This document shows positions 60,556 to 64,000 of a DNA stretch of 64,000 nucleotides, piece after piece. Every line of letters begins with the position of its first letter. The first letter of the stretch is position 1. Position numbers and translations under genes: made by a program. Below the pieces are notes generated by a model. That model was not told where the DNA came from. It saw nothing but the letters and a program-made list of their open reading frames with translations, and did no database searches. The DNA is from Rhizodiscina lignyota (Eukaryota), in assembly GCA_010015805.1 (NCBI GenBank), contig ML978127.1, forward strand, positions 434,001 through 498,000, in the 5' to 3' direction.

Positions 60556-63522
60556 GATTGCGGTCTGAGGCTGCTGAGAAGAGGCAGCCTCGACTCTATT
60601 GAAGCGCGTGGCCGGTCTTTGTGGAGGATGGGGTAAGGTGAGGTCCTCGTGCCAGCCAGCAGAGTTCAGGTGCCAGGAAAGCGGAAAGGGAGGGTCCTGC
60701 GCCAGGTGACGTGCCTCCGGCTGCCGGGATTCGACGATAGCGTGTAAAGATTTGAGCGTCGAGCTATGTAATCGTGCATGCGGAGTGGATCTTTGTTGAG
60801 GAGCTTTCTTGTGAGCGAAGTCTGCAGATTGCGATCGATTTTGCCGTGTGTTCAGGAATAGCGGGTGTTGTTTGGCAGTCCGAAGGGGGCGCTCTCTCTA
60901 CATAAAAACGCGCCCAGGCCTGACGGGTAGGGGGCTCTCACGCCCTGGCTGACAGCCCATATGAGCCAAGACGAGATCAGCATATGGCTGTGCACTCCTT
61001 TAAGGCTATGGCCACCTCCACGTTGTCTTCATACTCTAGCTACTGCAATCTTTTCTATGTGTGCGCGAGGATACAGGTGACGCTTATGTGGCCTTTGTCC
61101 GTCGTGCTGATCATAGAATACGTCTCGATTCTTCATCGTCCGCGCGAAAAATCACAATCTTCCAACTCGGGACGACCCACTTAATTTTCATTTCCTTCTT
61201 TGAGCGCATGAACGGGTCCCAGATAACGAAACAGTTTAACAGTTCACCGCCCTTCCACAAAAGCGAAGGTGCGATATGTATGAGCAGAAAATATCGCTAT
61301 ACGATTAGTCGGTCACCACCATCAGATCAGTTAAGAAAGATGCTATAACCTGAAACGCCCAGTAAACAGCAAGCGGTTTGATGATACTCAATCTGTTGGC
61401 CATATTGATATTTATGGTTGTTTCTACCTCGGGGGCTCTGCCGTCCATGAGCATCCTCCTCGTTGAGAAGGCAGACCGATCCTGGCGACTAATAGGATCT
61501 CCTGTGCTCGCCCACCTTCACGGAACTTTCAAGTTTTTACAACTTCCAAGGTTAGGACAGCAGAGCGAATAAAGCCCGCACCGCATCCAGAATGACCTCC
61601 AGGAACTTGTGAATCTTTCTGATCTTATCCGGAGCCTCGACTCAAAAACAGTCTTACTACCGCGTCATGAAAGGCCACGAGGATTTCGAGTTCAGCTTAT
61701 GCTGCTTCATTGTTGTTTCTTAAGGCTGCCTGCATACCTTCCAGGTCGCACATAAACTTCACCATTGTACTCTAATGTCAGATGAGCATTCAATTTATCA
61801 TGTGTTCTCCTATAAAGCGTCCAGTTCTGAGTCATTCGACTTGGACACGGGGCTTTAGAGCGTAAACCGCAAACTACTCTAAAGGGAAAGCCACTTCCCG
61901 CCGATTTCTCTAAAGCCTCGAATGTAAGTGGTAGATTTATCATTGGATGCGGCCATCGACTGCTGCAGACTCAGGCCTGACCAGATTTTCACCTCAGACA
62001 GGAGAGCGGAGAAGGACGATCATCATAGATGGATTCACGGCGAACATTTCCACGTCAAGAGGGAGCTCGAAGAGCACTCCGAATACGACATCCGTTAGTG
62101 AGCTTCGCTTCCAGATCAGACGGGAAAGACATCGCTTCGTGCGTTAAGAACGGATTGCTTCGATAAGGGCGTCGTCTTACCAGAATGGATCTGCTCTGCG
62201 ACATGGGACGTAAACTATCCGTACAATACACTTTCGCTCTCAGGAGGCAGCTATCATAAACAGCCTACCAAAATTACACACTGCTCACTTGTTAGGAGAT
62301 CCTGGGATAGGCTCAACGAGAAATTAACTCAGTGGCCGTCTTTACGTTTCCTGGCTCCGAGGTCATCCGCTACAAGTCAGCTCAATCTTCCAGCGTTAGT
62401 CACCTACCTGTCGAACGATTCAAAGAACGCTCCGAATCAATCTTTCCACTCACCTCTGACAATGGCGAAGTTCGATGTACTGTATATCAACGTGATGAAA
62501 ACTCGTTCAGGTACAGAAGAGAAGCCTTGCTACCAACTATCGATGCTCTTACACACGCCTTCAACCAACCAAGGACGAGGGAATGTAAACCAAAGACAGC
62601 TTTGGTTGGACATCACTCGAGTGCCAAAAGGAGTCATCGCCAATCTGACTCAACACTCAGACACCTGTTCCGCCAAGTCCTCAATCATCCAATCCTGAAT
62701 CAATGAGTTTACGTTCGCAGGGTCTGTGACGAACGGTGGAGCATGCAAGTATCAATCGTCTGGCTTGCCTCTACCAGTGAGCATGGATGCTCCGGGTTAT
62801 GCCAACATGTGCTTTTGCACATAATATGCAAGTCAAGAGAAAGCAGCATGCGCTATGTATATTGAACTCCACTGCATGTTCTGCGTATCGCGTAAGTAAC
62901 ACTCTCGTGGCTGAGAACAACTGGTCACCATCAGTAGTCATACGTACATAAAACCACTGCACATCGTGATCCTATGTTTCGACTTCAATGCGCGACAGAT
63001 GGGCTACCGCCAACCCTAAGTAATACAGGGCGCTTATTGTTGCGTCGCTCGAAATTTGCACGACAATATCTCGTTCCGACATATGCTTTTGTACGTGTCG
63101 CAGCGCAAATGGACGCTTCCGCGCGAATCAAGTCTGTTGCTCAACACCAGTTTGACAAGCAGTTGTGGAACGGCACAGCGGCTCCCAGCCCCCCTCCACA
63201 CTTACCTCCAGCACAAGTCGAGCACACGAAGTTGCCCATCGAATCAAGTGCCGGACACTAGTTTAAGCAGTGCGGGACTGTCGACATTTCGCTCGACTCA
63301 GCCAAATGAAATCGTGAACCATATGTGAGTGGGTCAATCTGTTTAATATTTCCCCATCTCAGCCAGCCACCCTAACGGCCGCTCCTGAGAATCAAGTTGA
63401 ACTATTCTACAGATACGAGTCCAGCTCCTCCCAGTTTTCCCTAATCCCTAAAGGTCCCCAACACCATTTGCATGCAATGCTGTTGAAACGTAGAAATGCC
63501 AAGAGAGAAAGGGAGGGCTGGA

Positions 63523-64000
63523 CTACAAGTGAAGATCCGATCTCCACACCCACTCAAAATCGCCACCAAAGCCACGACCGAACTCGTGGAAGTGCCTTGC
63601 ATGAGAAGAATGCTGCCTGTTTTGTGTCGGCGAGTGCTGGCGCCAGTCTTTGCTGAGGTTCCACTCCTTGTCGCCGTCGCTGTCTTTCGAAGCACTAGAC
63701 AAATTTCCTTCCTTGCGCCCGCTGTCCCAAATATCACTCCCATTTCCATGTTGCACCCACGCATCCTTGCGTCTGCCTCTCCAGCTCCCAACACGTGTCT
63801 GACTCCGCTTGCGTGGGGTCACTACCTGCCCTGCTTCTCGCTTCGTTGCGGTGGATTGCTTCGGTGTTGCACTTCCTGAAGTAGTCGCAGACTTTGATTC
63901 TGGATCAGCTCGTCTACGAGCACCCAATTTTGCCCATTTGTCGAGGAAGTCGGATTTGCGCGGCTTCGTTGGCGTTGCCAATGGGGAGCTGTGTTCCTCG
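63523..64000 (-). CDS. 3' end of a gene entering from beyond the window (product not identifiable)
   Basis: The frame of ORF 63523-63981 remains open to the window edge; low-complexity, C-terminal-looking sequence. Confidence 0.45.
   Translation of the reverse strand, partial: EEHSSPLATPTKPRKSDFLDKWAKLGARRRADPESKSATTSGSATPKQSTATKREAGQVVTPRKRSQTRVGSWRGRRKDAWVQHGNGSDIWDSGRKEGNLSSASKDSDGDKEWNLSKDWRQHSPTQNRQHSSHARHFHEFGRGFGGDFEWVWRSDLHL

Noticed and set aside
61381..61572. Short ORF with signal-peptide-like start (MILNLLAILIFMVVSTSGALP)
   Set aside because: No cysteine pattern, convincing splice sites or other support.

Overview
This is gene-dense, intron-containing DNA from a filamentous ascomycete (GT-AG introns with CTRAC/CTAAY branch points; lineage inferred, not proven). 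About 27 protein-coding genes are visible. The flanks hold conserved housekeeping genes. Left: a P4-ATPase flippase (DNF1/2 type), SEN1 helicase and a Nup53-type nucleoporin. Right: thioesterase, inositol monophosphatase, Bem4-like ARM protein, a USP, TRM9, ITT1, CAX4/CWH8, PMT2 and a sugar porter. The middle (~20.5-42.5 kb) looks accessory: three orphan single-pass membrane ORFs, then a catabolic/detox-type run (SDR, C2HC+Zn2Cys6 transcription factor, ThDP enzyme, ACS-type MFS, FMO, MCH-type MFS, tannase/feruloyl esterase, AIF/AMID oxidoreductase) and a 55-aa hydrophobic micro-ORF. The most notable signals are: (1) a spliced, AUG-free, in-frame ~158-codon N-terminal extension on the sugar porter, suggesting non-AUG (ATC/ATT) initiation; (2) the putative catabolic cluster; (3) a ~230-bp MITE-like element with 21-bp perfect terminal inverted repeats; (4) a 17-bp minisatellite. 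No tRNA, rRNA or CRISPR array was recognised. Gene models were spliced by eye and no database searches were run.
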